Source: Gemmatimonadaceae bacterium (GTDB taxonomy: Bacteria > Gemmatimonadota > Gemmatimonadetes > Gemmatimonadales > Gemmatimonadaceae). Taken from it: a DNA stretch of 64,000 bases. The stretch lies in assembly GCA_040901985.1 (NCBI GenBank), contig JBBDYC010000006.1, forward strand, positions 58,379 through 122,378, written 5' to 3'. Both the position numbers and the translations under genes were made by a program. The notes beneath the pieces are model-generated. The model was given only the letters and a program-made list of their open reading frames with translations, made no database searches and had not been told where the DNA came from. The stretch's first letter is position 1; each line of letters opens with the position of its first letter. Below are positions 23,801 to 33,692 of this stretch, piece after piece.

Positions 23801-25414
23801 CTAGCGAGCCCCTCCGTTGCCCGCCGGACCACCAGCGTCCGGGCGCGCCGCCGTGCGCGGCGCCGGGCGCGCGGACTCGACAAGGCGCACCAGCCGCGTC
23901 GCCGCCGCCTCGGTCTTGTGAAGGATCGGCTTCGGATAGACGCCGATCCACAGGATGGCGATGACCAGCGGGGTGAGCAATCCAATTTCGCGCCAGTTGA
24001 GGTCCATCCCGCGCAGGGCCTCGTTTTCCGGCTTGACGAGCGGGTTGTAGATGATCCGCTGTACGGCCCAGAGGAGGTACGCCGCGGCAAAGATCACGCT
24101 CGTCGCCGCGATCAGCGTATGGAAGGGCTGCGTCGGGAACGACCCCACGAGCACGAGGAACTCCCCGATGAAGCCGTTGGTCCCCGGCACGCCGATGCTC
24201 GAGAGCGCGACGATCGTCAGGAAGGCCGCGAAGATCGGCATCACCTTCGCAATCCCGCCGAAGTCGGCGATCATCCGGGTATGGCGGCGTTCGTAGATCA
24301 TCCCGACCAGAAGGAAGAGCGCGCCGGTGGAGATCCCGTGGCTGATCGTCACGACGAGCGCGCCCTGCATGCTCTCGACGGTCAGCGCGAAAATCCCGAG
24401 CATCACGAAGCCGAGGTGACTCACCGAGGAGTAGGCAACGAGCTTCTTGAAGTCCGGCTGGACCAGCGCCACCAGGGCGCCGTAGACGATTCCGACCACC
24501 GCGAGGGCGAGCATCACGCCCCGCACCGTCGGGTGCATCGCCGCCTCGGGGAAGAGCGGCAGGGCGAACCGCACGAAGCCGAAGGTCCCCATCTTGAGCA
24601 TGATCGCCGCCAGGATCACCGAGCCGGCGGTCGGCGCCTCGACGTGCGCGTCGGGGAGCCAGGTATGGAACGGGAACATCGGCACCTTCACCGCGAAGGC
24701 GAGCGCAAACGCCGTGAAGAGCCAGAACGAACCGCCAATTCCCCCGCTGCGCGTGAGCTGGAGCAGCGCGTCGTAGCTGAAGTCGGGCACCCCGCCCTTT
24801 GCCGCCGCCAGGCCGAGCCAGAGGATTGCCACCAGCATCAGCAACGACCCGATCATCGTATACAGGAAGAATTTGAGACTCGCATAGAGCCGACGTTGTC
24901 CGCCCCAGATCCCGATGATCAGGTACATCGGAATCAGCATCACTTCCCACATCACGTAGAAGAACAGCAGGTCGAGCGCCACGAAGACACCGAGCATTCC
25001 CGTCGTGAGGATCAACAGCAGCCCGTAGAAGCTGTGCGTCTTTTCGCGGACCGACGTCCAGCTGCCGAGTACCGCCAATGGCATCAGGCAGGTAGTCAGG
25101 AGGACGAGCATCAGCGAGATGCCGTCGAGGCCCACCGTGAAGCGGGCGCCCCATTGCGGGATCCAGGCCACGTCCACCATCGCCTGCCAGTCGGGACTCG
25201 TCACGTCCACCGACCACCAGAGCCCGAGGGCGAGCACCGCCTCGGCGAGAAAGAACCAGAACGCCGTCAGGCGGCTCGACGCCATTGCCGTGGCGGCGGA
25301 GGCGCCTCCGCGCGATCCAGCCACGAAGAGCACGAGCGCCCCGACGAGCGGGAGCCCCAGGAGCACCGGGATGATCCAGCCGTTATAGCCGATCGAGTCG
25401 AGGAGCGCGGTCAC
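23801..25414 (-). CDS. nuoM: NADH-quinone oxidoreductase subunit M
   Basis: WEVMLIPMY, KVPMFPFHTWLPDAHVEAP, KKLVAYSSVSH, GFIGEF. Confidence 0.96.
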   Translation of the reverse strand: MTALLDSIGYNGWIIPVLLGLPLVGALVLFVAGSRGGASAATAMASSRLTAFWFFLAEAVLALGLWWSVDVTSPDWQAMVDVAWIPQWGARFTVGLDGISLMLVLLTTCLMPLAVLGSWTSVREKTHSFYGLLLILTTGMLGVFVALDLLFFYVMWEVMLIPMYLIIGIWGGQRRLYASLKFFLYTMIGSLLMLVAILWLGLAAAKGGVPDFSYDALLQLTRSGGIGGSFWLFTAFALAFAVKVPMFPFHTWLPDAHVEAPTAGSVILAAIMLKMGTFGFVRFALPLFPEAAMHPTVRGVMLALAVVGIVYGALVALVQPDFKKLVAYSSVSHLGFVMLGIFALTVESMQGALVVTISHGISTGALFLLVGMIYERRHTRMIADFGGIAKVMPIFAAFLTIVALSSIGVPGTNGFIGEFLVLVGSFPTQPFHTLIAATSVIFAAAYLLWAVQRIIYNPLVKPENEALRGMDLNWREIGLLTPLVIAILWIGVYPKPILHKTEAAATRLVRLVESARPAPRTAARPDAGGPAGNGGAR

Positions 25415-25422
25415 TGGTCAGA

Positions 25423-27618
25423 TCACCGGATGGAGAAGGCGCTCAACAGCGTGACGGCGCCGAGCACGAGGACCCAGGCGTAGGTGCCCACTCGCCCTGA
25501 CTGGAGCTGCGAACCGGCCCACCCGAGCGCCCGCGCGAACAGGGCGCTGCCATTCACGAGGAGCCCGTCAATGAGCCCCACATCCACCCCCTTCCAGAGC
25601 AGGGTCTTCGAGACGCCGACCGTCGGCTGGACCACCACCTTGTCGTACGCCTCGTCCACGTACCACTTGTTGAGGAGCGTCTTGGCGATCCCCTGCTCCG
25701 CCGGCGCGTCCTTCGCCGCGACGAGCGCCGCCGGCTTGAGCCTGACCAGCGCGAAGACGATGCCGGCGACGGCGATGAAGACCGCGGTCCCGATCAGCGC
25801 ATACTCGGTGGCGTGCGAGAGGTGGGGCGCCTCGCCGTGGGTCACGATGGCCGCGCCCGTGCCGACCACCGGCTCGAGCCAGTGATGGAGGAGCTCCGTG
25901 GGCCCGAGCACTCCGCCGCTGATCAGCGGAAGGTTGAGCCAGCCGCCGACCAGCGCGAGGACGCCCAGCACCACCAGCGGGCCGGTCATCACCCAGGGCG
26001 CCTCGTTGAGATGCGGCCCCTCCTTCTCGCCGGTCCGGTTGGGCCCGTGGAAGGTGTAGAGCATCATCCGGGTCATATAGATTGCCGTCATCAGCGCGGC
26101 GGCGAGCCCGAGCGCATAGACCCCGTAGAGCACCATCCCCCCGGGAATCCCCAGCCAGGTCGCCTCGGCGAGGGTCGAACCGTGCGTCCGGGCGAAGACC
26201 GCGGTCAGGATCTCGTCCTTCGAGAAGAACCCCGAGAAGACCGGGATGCCGGCGATCGCCAGCGTCGCAATCCACATCAGGACGAAGGTGATCGGAAGCC
26301 GCGCGCGCAGGCCGCCCATGTTGCGCATGTCCTGCGCATCCTCGTGGTTGTGCGTCTGGTGATACGCGTGGTGCATCGCGTAAATCACCGACCCCGCGCC
26401 GAGGAAGAGGAGCGCCTTGAAGAAGGCGTGCGTCATCAGGTGGAAGATCCCCGCCGTGTACGCCCCGACGCCGACCCCCACGAACATGTAGCCGAGCTGC
26501 GACACGGTGGAATACGCGAGGACCTTCTTGATGTCCCACTGCTTGAGGCCGATCGTCGCCGCGAACACCGCCGTCAGCGCACCGATCACGGCCACCGTGA
26601 GTTGCGCCGTCGGCGCGAGGGCAAAGAGCGTCGCCGTCCGCGCGACGAGATAGACGCCCGCGGTGACCATCGTCGCCGCGTGGATCAACGCCGAGACGGG
26701 AGTCGGGCCCGCCATCGCATCGGGGAGCCAGACGAAGAGCGGGATCTGCGCGCTCTTGCCGGTGGCGCCGAGGAAGAGGAAAAGGCAGATCGCGGTGGCG
26801 ACCAGGTTGCCGACCGAGAGCGCCGCGGCGGCGCTTTCGACGCCGCTGAACGTCAGCGTGCCAAAGTTCGCGAACATCAGGAACATCGCGACGAGAAACC
26901 CGAAGTCGCCGATCCGGTTGACGATGAACGCCTTCTTGCCGGCGTCGGCGTTGGCCTTGTCGCTGAACCAGAAGCCGATGAGCAGGTACGAGCAGAGCCC
27001 GACCCCTTCCCACCCAACAAACATCAGCGGGTAGTTGGCGCCGAGCACGAGCAGGAGCATGAAGAAGATGAACAGGTTGAGGTACGCAAAGTAGCGCGGG
27101 TACCCCGGGTCGTCGCGCATGTAGCCGACCGAGAAGACGTGGATCAGCGTCCCGACGCCCGTGATGATGAGCGTCATCAGCATCGAGAGCTGGTCGAGCT
27201 GGAGCGCCACGTCCACGCCCAGCCGTCCGGTGGGCATCCACTGGAACAGCGTCAGCACGAACGGCTCCGCCATCCCGTCGCCGGCGGCGCGCATCGCGGC
27301 GAAGATCGCGACCGCCACGCCGAAGGTCAGGACCAGGACCCCGGGACCGATGATCGAGACCCAGGTGGCCGAGACGTGCCGTACCGGCTGATGTGCGTCG
27401 TGATCGCCGGCGTGCGCTGCGTCGTGCGCTGCGTCGTGCGCTCCGTGGTGCGCCCCGGCCGACGGGTCCGCCGGGCCCGGCTTCCCCGCCGCCTTGAGCG
27501 ACAGCCACCCATTGAGGACGAACCCGAGCAGCGGCAGCACCGGGATCAGCCACGCGAAGCGGGCCACGGTGTCGGCGAGCGGATGCCCGAGGAACGGCAG
27601 GTCGGCCTGGATGGGCAT
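25423..27618 (-). CDS. nuoL: NADH-quinone oxidoreductase subunit L
   Basis: GWEGVG, NRIGD, KSAQIPLFVWLPDAMAGPTPVSALIHAATMV, HAFFKALLF. Confidence 0.97.
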   Translation of the reverse strand: MPIQADLPFLGHPLADTVARFAWLIPVLPLLGFVLNGWLSLKAAGKPGPADPSAGAHHGAHDAAHDAAHAGDHDAHQPVRHVSATWVSIIGPGVLVLTFGVAVAIFAAMRAAGDGMAEPFVLTLFQWMPTGRLGVDVALQLDQLSMLMTLIITGVGTLIHVFSVGYMRDDPGYPRYFAYLNLFIFFMLLLVLGANYPLMFVGWEGVGLCSYLLIGFWFSDKANADAGKKAFIVNRIGDFGFLVAMFLMFANFGTLTFSGVESAAAALSVGNLVATAICLFLFLGATGKSAQIPLFVWLPDAMAGPTPVSALIHAATMVTAGVYLVARTATLFALAPTAQLTVAVIGALTAVFAATIGLKQWDIKKVLAYSTVSQLGYMFVGVGVGAYTAGIFHLMTHAFFKALLFLGAGSVIYAMHHAYHQTHNHEDAQDMRNMGGLRARLPITFVLMWIATLAIAGIPVFSGFFSKDEILTAVFARTHGSTLAEATWLGIPGGMVLYGVYALGLAAALMTAIYMTRMMLYTFHGPNRTGEKEGPHLNEAPWVMTGPLVVLGVLALVGGWLNLPLISGGVLGPTELLHHWLEPVVGTGAAIVTHGEAPHLSHATEYALIGTAVFIAVAGIVFALVRLKPAALVAAKDAPAEQGIAKTLLNKWYVDEAYDKVVVQPTVGVSKTLLWKGVDVGLIDGLLVNGSALFARALGWAGSQLQSGRVGTYAWVLVLGAVTLLSAFSIR
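27411..27442. repeat. In-frame 12-bp tandem repeat (CGTGCGCTGCGT x about 2.7) in nuoL
   Basis: Read directly; encodes AHDA-AHDA-AH within a His-rich loop. Confidence 0.8.
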
Positions 27619-27911
27619 CAGCCCTTCAGCAGGTTGATGTCCTGGAGGTCCACCGACTGGCGGTGCCGGAAGATCGCGATGATGATTGCCAGCCCGACCG
27701 CAGCCTCAGCGGCGGCGACCGTGATCACGAAGATGACGAACACCTGCCCGGTGGCGCCGTAGAGCCGGGAGAAGGCGATGAAGGAAAGGTTGACCGCGTT
27801 CAGCATCAGCTCCACGCACATGAAGATCAGGATCGCGTTGCGTCGAGTGAGCACGCCGACCACGCCGATCGTGAAGAGGAGGGCCGAGAGCGCGAGGGAT
27901 TCGGCGATCAT
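27618..27911 (-). CDS. nuoK: NADH-quinone oxidoreductase subunit K
   Basis: [23 protein letters not shown]. Confidence 0.97.
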   Translation of the reverse strand: MIAESLALSALLFTIGVVGVLTRRNAILIFMCVELMLNAVNLSFIAFSRLYGATGQVFVIFVITVAAAEAAVGLAIIIAIFRHRQSVDLQDINLLKG

Positions 27912-27914
27912 CGG

Positions 27915-28460
27915 TCAGGCCCTCTTCTTGCCGATGACGACCGCCCCGACGATCGCGGTCAGCAGCAGGATTGACGTGAGTTCGAACGCGAGGAGGTACT
28001 CGCGGAAGAGCGGCCCGGCGACCGGCGCGATGATCCCGCCGGGACCACCGACGCTCTCCGCCGACGCCGGCACGGGCACCGTGAGGCCGGCCGGGAATCG
28101 CGCGCGCGCGAGCACCATGATCTCGGCCAGCAGCGCGAGGCCGACCCCGCCTGCGGCGAGCCGGCCGGCGTTGCCGCGGATGTCGCTCAGGTCGCCTGGC
28201 TTCCCGAGGTTGAGCAACATCACCACGAACAGGAAGACGACCATGATCGCGCCGGCGTAGACCAGCACCTGGATTGCCCCGATGAACTGCGCATCGAGCA
28301 TCACGTAGAGCGCGGCAAGGCAGAACATCACGTTCACCAGCCAGAGCGCCGCCGCCACCGGGCTCTTCCGCGTCACGAAGATGATCGCCGACGTGAGCGC
28401 GATCAGCCCGAAGAGGTAGAAGTGAAACGAATAGAAGAGCGGAAGGAACTCGTTGTCCAT
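27915..28460 (-). CDS. nuoJ: NADH-quinone oxidoreductase subunit J
   Basis: QVLVYAGAIMVVFLFVVMLL, FELTSILLL. Confidence 0.96.
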   Translation of the reverse strand: MDNEFLPLFYSFHFYLFGLIALTSAIIFVTRKSPVAAALWLVNVMFCLAALYVMLDAQFIGAIQVLVYAGAIMVVFLFVVMLLNLGKPGDLSDIRGNAGRLAAGGVGLALLAEIMVLARARFPAGLTVPVPASAESVGGPGGIIAPVAGPLFREYLLAFELTSILLLTAIVGAVVIGKKRA

Positions 28461-28462
28461 CG

Positions 28463-28960
28463 CTATTCCCCCAGCGGGTCGGCGGGATCCCAGAGCTCGC
28501 TCACCGGGTGCGTCTGCGCGGTCAGCCGCTCGAGGTCGTAGACAAAGCGCTCGCGGTTGAATTCGGAGTTCTCGTAGTGTCGGCCCATATGGATCGCCTC
28601 CTCCGGGCAGACCTCCTGGCAGTAGCCGCAGAAGATGCAGCGGAACTCGTCAATCTCGAAGACGAGCGGGAACCGGTTCCCCGACTCGTCCTCGCCGGGC
28701 ACGAGCTTGATGCAGTTGGCCGGGCAGACGGTCGGACAGAGACCGCAGGCGACGCACTTGGCCTGGCCATCCTCGGTCGTGAGCATCCGGTGCGTGCCCC
28801 GCCAGCGCGGCGAGATGTCCCACCGCTCGTCGGGATACTGGATCGTGACCTTGTGCGGATTGACGAGGTGCCTGAGCGTGAGCCCGAGCCCGCTGAAGGT
28901 CGCGCGCACGTAGCTCACCTCGCCGACCGGCCGCTCCATCACCTTCACGTTGATCGTCAT
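28463..28960 (-). CDS. nuoI: NADH-quinone oxidoreductase subunit I
   Basis: TIQYP, CVACGLCPTVCP and CIFCGYCQEVCP. Confidence 0.96.
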   Translation of the reverse strand: MTINVKVMERPVGEVSYVRATFSGLGLTLRHLVNPHKVTIQYPDERWDISPRWRGTHRMLTTEDGQAKCVACGLCPTVCPANCIKLVPGEDESGNRFPLVFEIDEFRCIFCGYCQEVCPEEAIHMGRHYENSEFNRERFVYDLERLTAQTHPVSELWDPADPLGE

Positions 28961-28961
28961 C

Positions 28962-30224
28962 TCAGCGAATCTCCTCGGGGGACTGCCTGGCGTGACTGGA
29001 AGCGCGCGCGCGGAGGTGGGCCATCCGCTCCGGGTCCAGGCGGCTGTGGGCAGGGCTCACGAGGCGGCCCCGGTCGAGAATCCAGAAGAGAACCACGACG
29101 AGGACGAGATTCAGGCCGCCCATCGCGTAGCCATACGACGGACCGCGCGGGATGCCGGCCATATCGAGTGCGAGGGTCGCCGAGGCGACAATCACGATGT
29201 AGGCCAGCGCCACCGGGAGCATCACCTTCCAGCCGAGCGACATCAGCTGGTCGTAGCGAAAGCGCGGCAGGGTCCAGCGCACCCAGATGTAAAAGAAGAC
29301 GAAGAAGAGCACCTTGCCGGCGAAGACGCCGAACGTGGCCGCCGACTTCAGCGCCGTAGCCGGCCCGAAGTTGTCCCACTCGGTGAAGGGGATGTCCCAG
29401 CCGCCGAAGAAGAGCGTCACGAACAGCGCGCTCGCCGTGATCATGTTGGCGTATTCGGAGATCGGGAACATCGAGAACTTCATCGCGCTGTATTCACTGT
29501 GATAGCCTGCAATCAGCTCGGCCTCCGCCTCGGGCAGGTCAAACGGCAGGCGGTTCGTCTCGGCGAATGCGGCGACCAGGAACAGGACGCCGGCGACCGA
29601 GATGACCACGATGTTCCAGCCGACCAGCACCTGCTGCTCGATGATCGTGTTGAGCGAGACGTTGCCAGCGACCAGAAGCACGCAGACGAGCGCCATCGCC
29701 ATCGCGACCTCGTAGCTGACCATCTGCGCCGAGGCCCGCAGGCCGCCCAGCAGCGCGTACTTGTTGTTGGACGCCCAGCCGGCGAGGACGAGCCCGTACA
29801 CGCCGAGCGAGGTGATGGCGAGCGTGAACAGAAAGCCGATCGGGAGGTCGGCGACGACGAGGTCCATCAGGCCCCAGCGCGTCGGGAGCGGCGCGCCGAA
29901 CGGGATGACCGCCCAGGCGACCATCGCCGGCACGAAGGCGAGCATCGGCGCCAGCACGAACATCGGCTTGTTCACCCCGCCCGGCATCGTCTCTTCCTTC
30001 ATCATGTTCTTGACGCCGTCGGCGAGGACCTGGAAAAGCCCCCACGGCCCGACGCGGTTGGGCCCGTGGCGGTCCTGGATCCAGCCCGAGATCTTCCGCT
30101 CCGCGAACGTGGTGTAGGCCACACCCACCATATAGATGCTGAAGATCACCACCATCTTCACGACCGTCGCCACCACGAACGGGAGCGTGGACATCGGCAG
30201 CTGCGTGGGGTCGAGCGGGGTCAC
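28962..30224 (-). CDS. nuoH: NADH-quinone oxidoreductase subunit H
   Basis: ERKISGWIQDRHGPNRVG, AQMVSYE, AETNRLPFDLPEAEAEL, RWTLPRFRYDQ. Confidence 0.97.
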   Translation of the reverse strand: MTPLDPTQLPMSTLPFVVATVVKMVVIFSIYMVGVAYTTFAERKISGWIQDRHGPNRVGPWGLFQVLADGVKNMMKEETMPGGVNKPMFVLAPMLAFVPAMVAWAVIPFGAPLPTRWGLMDLVVADLPIGFLFTLAITSLGVYGLVLAGWASNNKYALLGGLRASAQMVSYEVAMAMALVCVLLVAGNVSLNTIIEQQVLVGWNIVVISVAGVLFLVAAFAETNRLPFDLPEAEAELIAGYHSEYSAMKFSMFPISEYANMITASALFVTLFFGGWDIPFTEWDNFGPATALKSAATFGVFAGKVLFFVFFYIWVRWTLPRFRYDQLMSLGWKVMLPVALAYIVIVASATLALDMAGIPRGPSYGYAMGGLNLVLVVVLFWILDRGRLVSPAHSRLDPERMAHLRARASSHARQSPEEIR

Positions 30225-31792
30225 GCCGCCCCCGTCGCGGCGGCGGCGCCGGCGACCGCGGCGCCGCGCAGGCCGAGCGTCTCGTAGCGCATTCCGGCAA
30301 AGGCCGGCTCCTGCCTCGCCATCGCGTCAAACACGGCGCCGGGCAGGAAGTACTCCGACGCGATGCCAAGGGTGGCGTTGAGGTCGGCGAGCGCAAACCA
30401 GCTCGGGCGCGCCAACCCCGGCGCCGCCTTCGCCTGCAGGAAGCGCTGCACGCGCCCGCGCAGGTTCGTGAAGGTGCCCTCCTCCTCGGCGACATTGGCA
30501 ATCGGGAGCACCACGGCCGGCGTCGGGATCCCGATCGGAAGCGCGGTCCCGATGACGATGACGGCGCTCGCCTTCCGCACCGCGCTCACGTCGAGTCCGC
30601 GCAACTCCTCGTCGGCGAGGACCAGGACGTCGCCGTCGCGCAGCCCATCGAGGACGCCGTCGTCGCGGCGCCGGAAACCCAGCAGCTCGGCGCCGTTCAC
30701 GTTCGGCGCCCGGTCGGCACGGAGCGCAAGGTCAGGCACGCCGGGCAGTGGCGCCTCGGGACCGGTCCCGCAGCGGAAGACGCCTTCGCCCTTCGTCAGT
30801 CCGATCAGCTGCTTGAGGAGAAAGAGCGCCTCGTTGGACAGGCCGGGGCTCGCCACCACGTAGGCGCGCCTGCCGGTGAGGACCGTCTTGGCCTCGCCGT
30901 AGGCAAGTTCCCAGTCCACCGGCGAGAGGACGTCGTGCAGGCGGATCTTCGGGACCTGCATCCGATCGGCCCGGTTCATCCAGCGATAGTCGAGCCGACC
31001 GTGATCGCAGAGATAGAACTGGTTCACCGCGTCGTTGGAGCGCGGCTTCATCCGCACCACCACGTTGTCGCGCGTCTCGAGGATGCTGTTGCACCCCTGC
31101 GTGCAGCCGGTGCAGACGGAGGCGGTGCGGTCGAGCTCCCACGCGCGCGCCTTGTTCAGGAAGTCCTTCGAGACCAAGGCGCCGACCGGACAGAGGTCAA
31201 TGACGTTCGCCGCCCACGGCTGCGTGAGGTCGGCGTCAGACGCCCGGCCGATCACCGCGCGGTCGCCGCGCTCGGACACGTTGAGCACCGGCGCGTCGTG
31301 GATGTCCTCCATGAAGCGGACGCAACGCGTGCACAGGATGCAGCGGTTGGGGACGTAGAGGACGTCGCCGCCGAAGTCCTCGACCGGATTGAAGCGCTTC
31401 GGCTCGCGATACCGCGAGTCGGCACGCCCCTCCTGGAACGTGTAGTCCTGCAGCTCGCACTCGCCGGCCTGGTCGCAGATCGGGCAGTCGAGCGGATGAT
31501 TGATCAGGAGGAACTCCAGCACGCCCTTCCGGGCCTCGAGTGCCTGCTCCGAATGGACGTGCACTACCTGCCCCTCGGCCACCGTCGTCGCGCAGCTGGC
31601 GGCCAGCTTCGGCATCTTCTCGACCTCGACGAGGCACATCCGGCACACGCCCGCCACCGGCAGGCCGGGGTGGTAGCAGTAGTGCGGCACCAGCACGCCG
31701 GCGGTCTTGGCCGCCTCGAGGATGCTCGTGCCCTCGGGCACGCGCACCGCGCGCCCCTCGATCGTCAGACTGACCATCCTGGGCTCGGCCAT
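30221..31792 (-). CDS. nuoG: NADH-quinone oxidoreductase subunit G (short form)
   Basis: CYHPGL..GVCRMC, NHPLDCPICDQAGEC, CILCTRC, DLCPVGAL, EEEGTFTN..GRVQ. Confidence 0.93.
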   Translation of the reverse strand: MAEPRMVSLTIEGRAVRVPEGTSILEAAKTAGVLVPHYCYHPGLPVAGVCRMCLVEVEKMPKLAASCATTVAEGQVVHVHSEQALEARKGVLEFLLINHPLDCPICDQAGECELQDYTFQEGRADSRYREPKRFNPVEDFGGDVLYVPNRCILCTRCVRFMEDIHDAPVLNVSERGDRAVIGRASDADLTQPWAANVIDLCPVGALVSKDFLNKARAWELDRTASVCTGCTQGCNSILETRDNVVVRMKPRSNDAVNQFYLCDHGRLDYRWMNRADRMQVPKIRLHDVLSPVDWELAYGEAKTVLTGRRAYVVASPGLSNEALFLLKQLIGLTKGEGVFRCGTGPEAPLPGVPDLALRADRAPNVNGAELLGFRRRDDGVLDGLRDGDVLVLADEELRGLDVSAVRKASAVIVIGTALPIGIPTPAVVLPIANVAEEEGTFTNLRGRVQRFLQAKAAPGLARPSWFALADLNATLGIASEYFLPGAVFDAMARQEPAFAGMRYETLGLRGAAVAGAAAATGAA

Positions 31793-31795
31793 CGC

Positions 31796-33109
31796 CTAGG
31801 GCGCCCCCACGGCGACGGTGGACGAACGCCTGCCCTTGATCAGCGCCTCGAACTCGCCGCGGAACTTGGTGATGCCGCTGGTGACAGGCGCCCCGCACGA
31901 ATCGCTGAGCACGCAGATCGTCTTGCCGGTCATCTGCTCGGAGAGGTCGAAGATCGTGTCGAGGTCCTCGTAGGTGCCCTGCCCGGCAACGATTCGCTCG
32001 AGAATCTTGGTCATCCACGCCGTGCCCTCGCGGCACTGCGTGCACTGGGCGCAGCTCTCGTGCGCATAAAAGCGCGCCAGCCGCGCCAACTGCCGCGGCA
32101 TGGACTGCGCGTCGTCGAAGATGATGACCCCGCCCGAGCCGAGCATCGTCCCCTGCTCGACGAATCCCTCGTAGTCCATCTTGGCCGCCTCGGCCTCCTC
32201 CAGCGTGATCACCGGCACCGACGAGCCGCCGGGGATGATCGCCTTGAATTTCCGGCCGGGCGGTGGGCCGCCGCAGACGTCGTGCAGGAACTCCTTGAAC
32301 GGGAATCCCATCACGACCTCATAGTTGCCGGGCTTGGCGACGTTGCCGCAGACCGAGAAGAGCTTGGTCCCGGTGCTCTTCGGGTTGCCGAGGCACATCG
32401 CCTTGTACCACTCGGCGCCGTTGGCCACGATGTGCGGCACTGCGGCCAGCGTCTCGACGTTGTTGATCGTCGTCGGCTGGCCGAAGAGCCCGCTCACCGC
32501 CGGGAAGGGCGGCTTGATGCGCGGGTTGCCGCGCTTCCCTTCCAGCGAGTTCATCAGCGCGGTCTCCTCACCGCAGATGTAGGCACCGGCGCCCTTGTGG
32601 ATCCAGACGTTGATCGTGCGCCCGGACCCCATCGCGTTCCGGCCGACGATCCCCGCCGCGCGGGCCTCCTCGAGCGCCCGTTCCATCACCCGGATCGGCT
32701 CGGTGAACTCGCCCCTGATATAGATGTAGGCCGTCTCGGCACCGATGGCGTGCGCGGCGATCGCGCACCCCTCGATCAGGGCGTGCGGCGTCCAGCGCAT
32801 GATCTCGCGGTCCTTGAACGTTCCCGGCTCCGACTCGTCGGCGTTGCAGCAGAGGTAGTGCGGCTTGCCGTCGCCGAGCTTCATGAACGAGAACTTGAGC
32901 CCGGTCGGGAATCCGGCACCGCCACGCCCCCGGAGCCCGGAATCCTTGACGATCTGTTGGATCGCCAAGGGGTCCATCGCGAGAGCCTGCGGCAGCGCCG
33001 TGTAGCCGCCGCGCGCCTTCCAGCCGTCGAGCGTACGTGCCTCGGCGTCGCCGAAGTGCTTGGACAGCACCGGGGTCTCGCGCGGGTGCGACTTGTGGGG
33101 GAAGCCCAT
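31796..33109 (-). CDS. nuoF: NADH-quinone oxidoreductase subunit F
   Basis: GRGGAGF, NADESEPG, GAGAYICGEETAL, ESCAQCTQCREG. Confidence 0.97.
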   Translation of the reverse strand: MGFPHKSHPRETPVLSKHFGDAEARTLDGWKARGGYTALPQALAMDPLAIQQIVKDSGLRGRGGAGFPTGLKFSFMKLGDGKPHYLCCNADESEPGTFKDREIMRWTPHALIEGCAIAAHAIGAETAYIYIRGEFTEPIRVMERALEEARAAGIVGRNAMGSGRTINVWIHKGAGAYICGEETALMNSLEGKRGNPRIKPPFPAVSGLFGQPTTINNVETLAAVPHIVANGAEWYKAMCLGNPKSTGTKLFSVCGNVAKPGNYEVVMGFPFKEFLHDVCGGPPPGRKFKAIIPGGSSVPVITLEEAEAAKMDYEGFVEQGTMLGSGGVIIFDDAQSMPRQLARLARFYAHESCAQCTQCREGTAWMTKILERIVAGQGTYEDLDTIFDLSEQMTGKTICVLSDSCGAPVTSGITKFRGEFEALIKGRRSSTVAVGAP

Positions 33110-33120
33110 TAGGACTGCCG

Positions 33121-33150
33121 GTGGAAAGTGTGAGGTGGGCGGTGTGAGGT
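33121..33150. repeat. Degenerate heptamer array in the nuoE-nuoF spacer (GTGGAAA GTGTGAG GTGGGCG GTGTGAG GT)
   Basis: Read directly; two exact GTGTGAG copies, the reverse complement of the unit at 63946-64000. Confidence 0.55.
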
Positions 33151-33692
33151 CACGTCAGCCCCTCGAGGATCTCCGGCACCTTTTCGGGCGTGACGTTCTC
33201 CACGCAGTCCTCGTTGATCTGCACCGGCGTGGCAAAACCGCAGGCGCCGAGGCACTCGACCTCGATGACCGTGTACTTGCCGTCGGGCGACGTGAGGCCC
33301 AGCTCCTTGCACCCCGTGTGCTCGAGGAACGCCTTCACCACGTCGCCAGCACCCGCGCAGAGGCAGGGGCTCGTCGTGCAGATCTGGATGAAGTGCCTTC
33401 CCACCGGGTGCTGGTGGTACATCGTGTAGAAGGTCACCACGCCCTTCACGTAGGCGGCGGTGCAGCCCAGCTGGTCGCCCACCTCGATCATCGCCTCCTC
33501 GCTGATCCAGCCGCGGTCGTTCTGCACCATCCAGAGCGCCGGGAGCAGCGCGGCGCGCCGGTCCGGATAGCGGGTGATGAGGTCGGCGAGTTCCCTGCTC
33601 CGCGCCGACCCCGGCGTGAAGACGGGATCGTACGGCGGATGGGCGTGCGCCTGCCCGGTGCCGATCGCGGGGGTCGAGGGTCCGTGGCTCAC
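33150..33692 (-). CDS. nuoE: NADH-quinone oxidoreductase subunit E
   Basis: GVVTFYTMY, CTTSPC, ECLGAC. Confidence 0.96.
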   Translation of the reverse strand: MSHGPSTPAIGTGQAHAHPPYDPVFTPGSARSRELADLITRYPDRRAALLPALWMVQNDRGWISEEAMIEVGDQLGCTAAYVKGVVTFYTMYHQHPVGRHFIQICTTSPCLCAGAGDVVKAFLEHTGCKELGLTSPDGKYTVIEVECLGACGFATPVQINEDCVENVTPEKVPEILEGLT

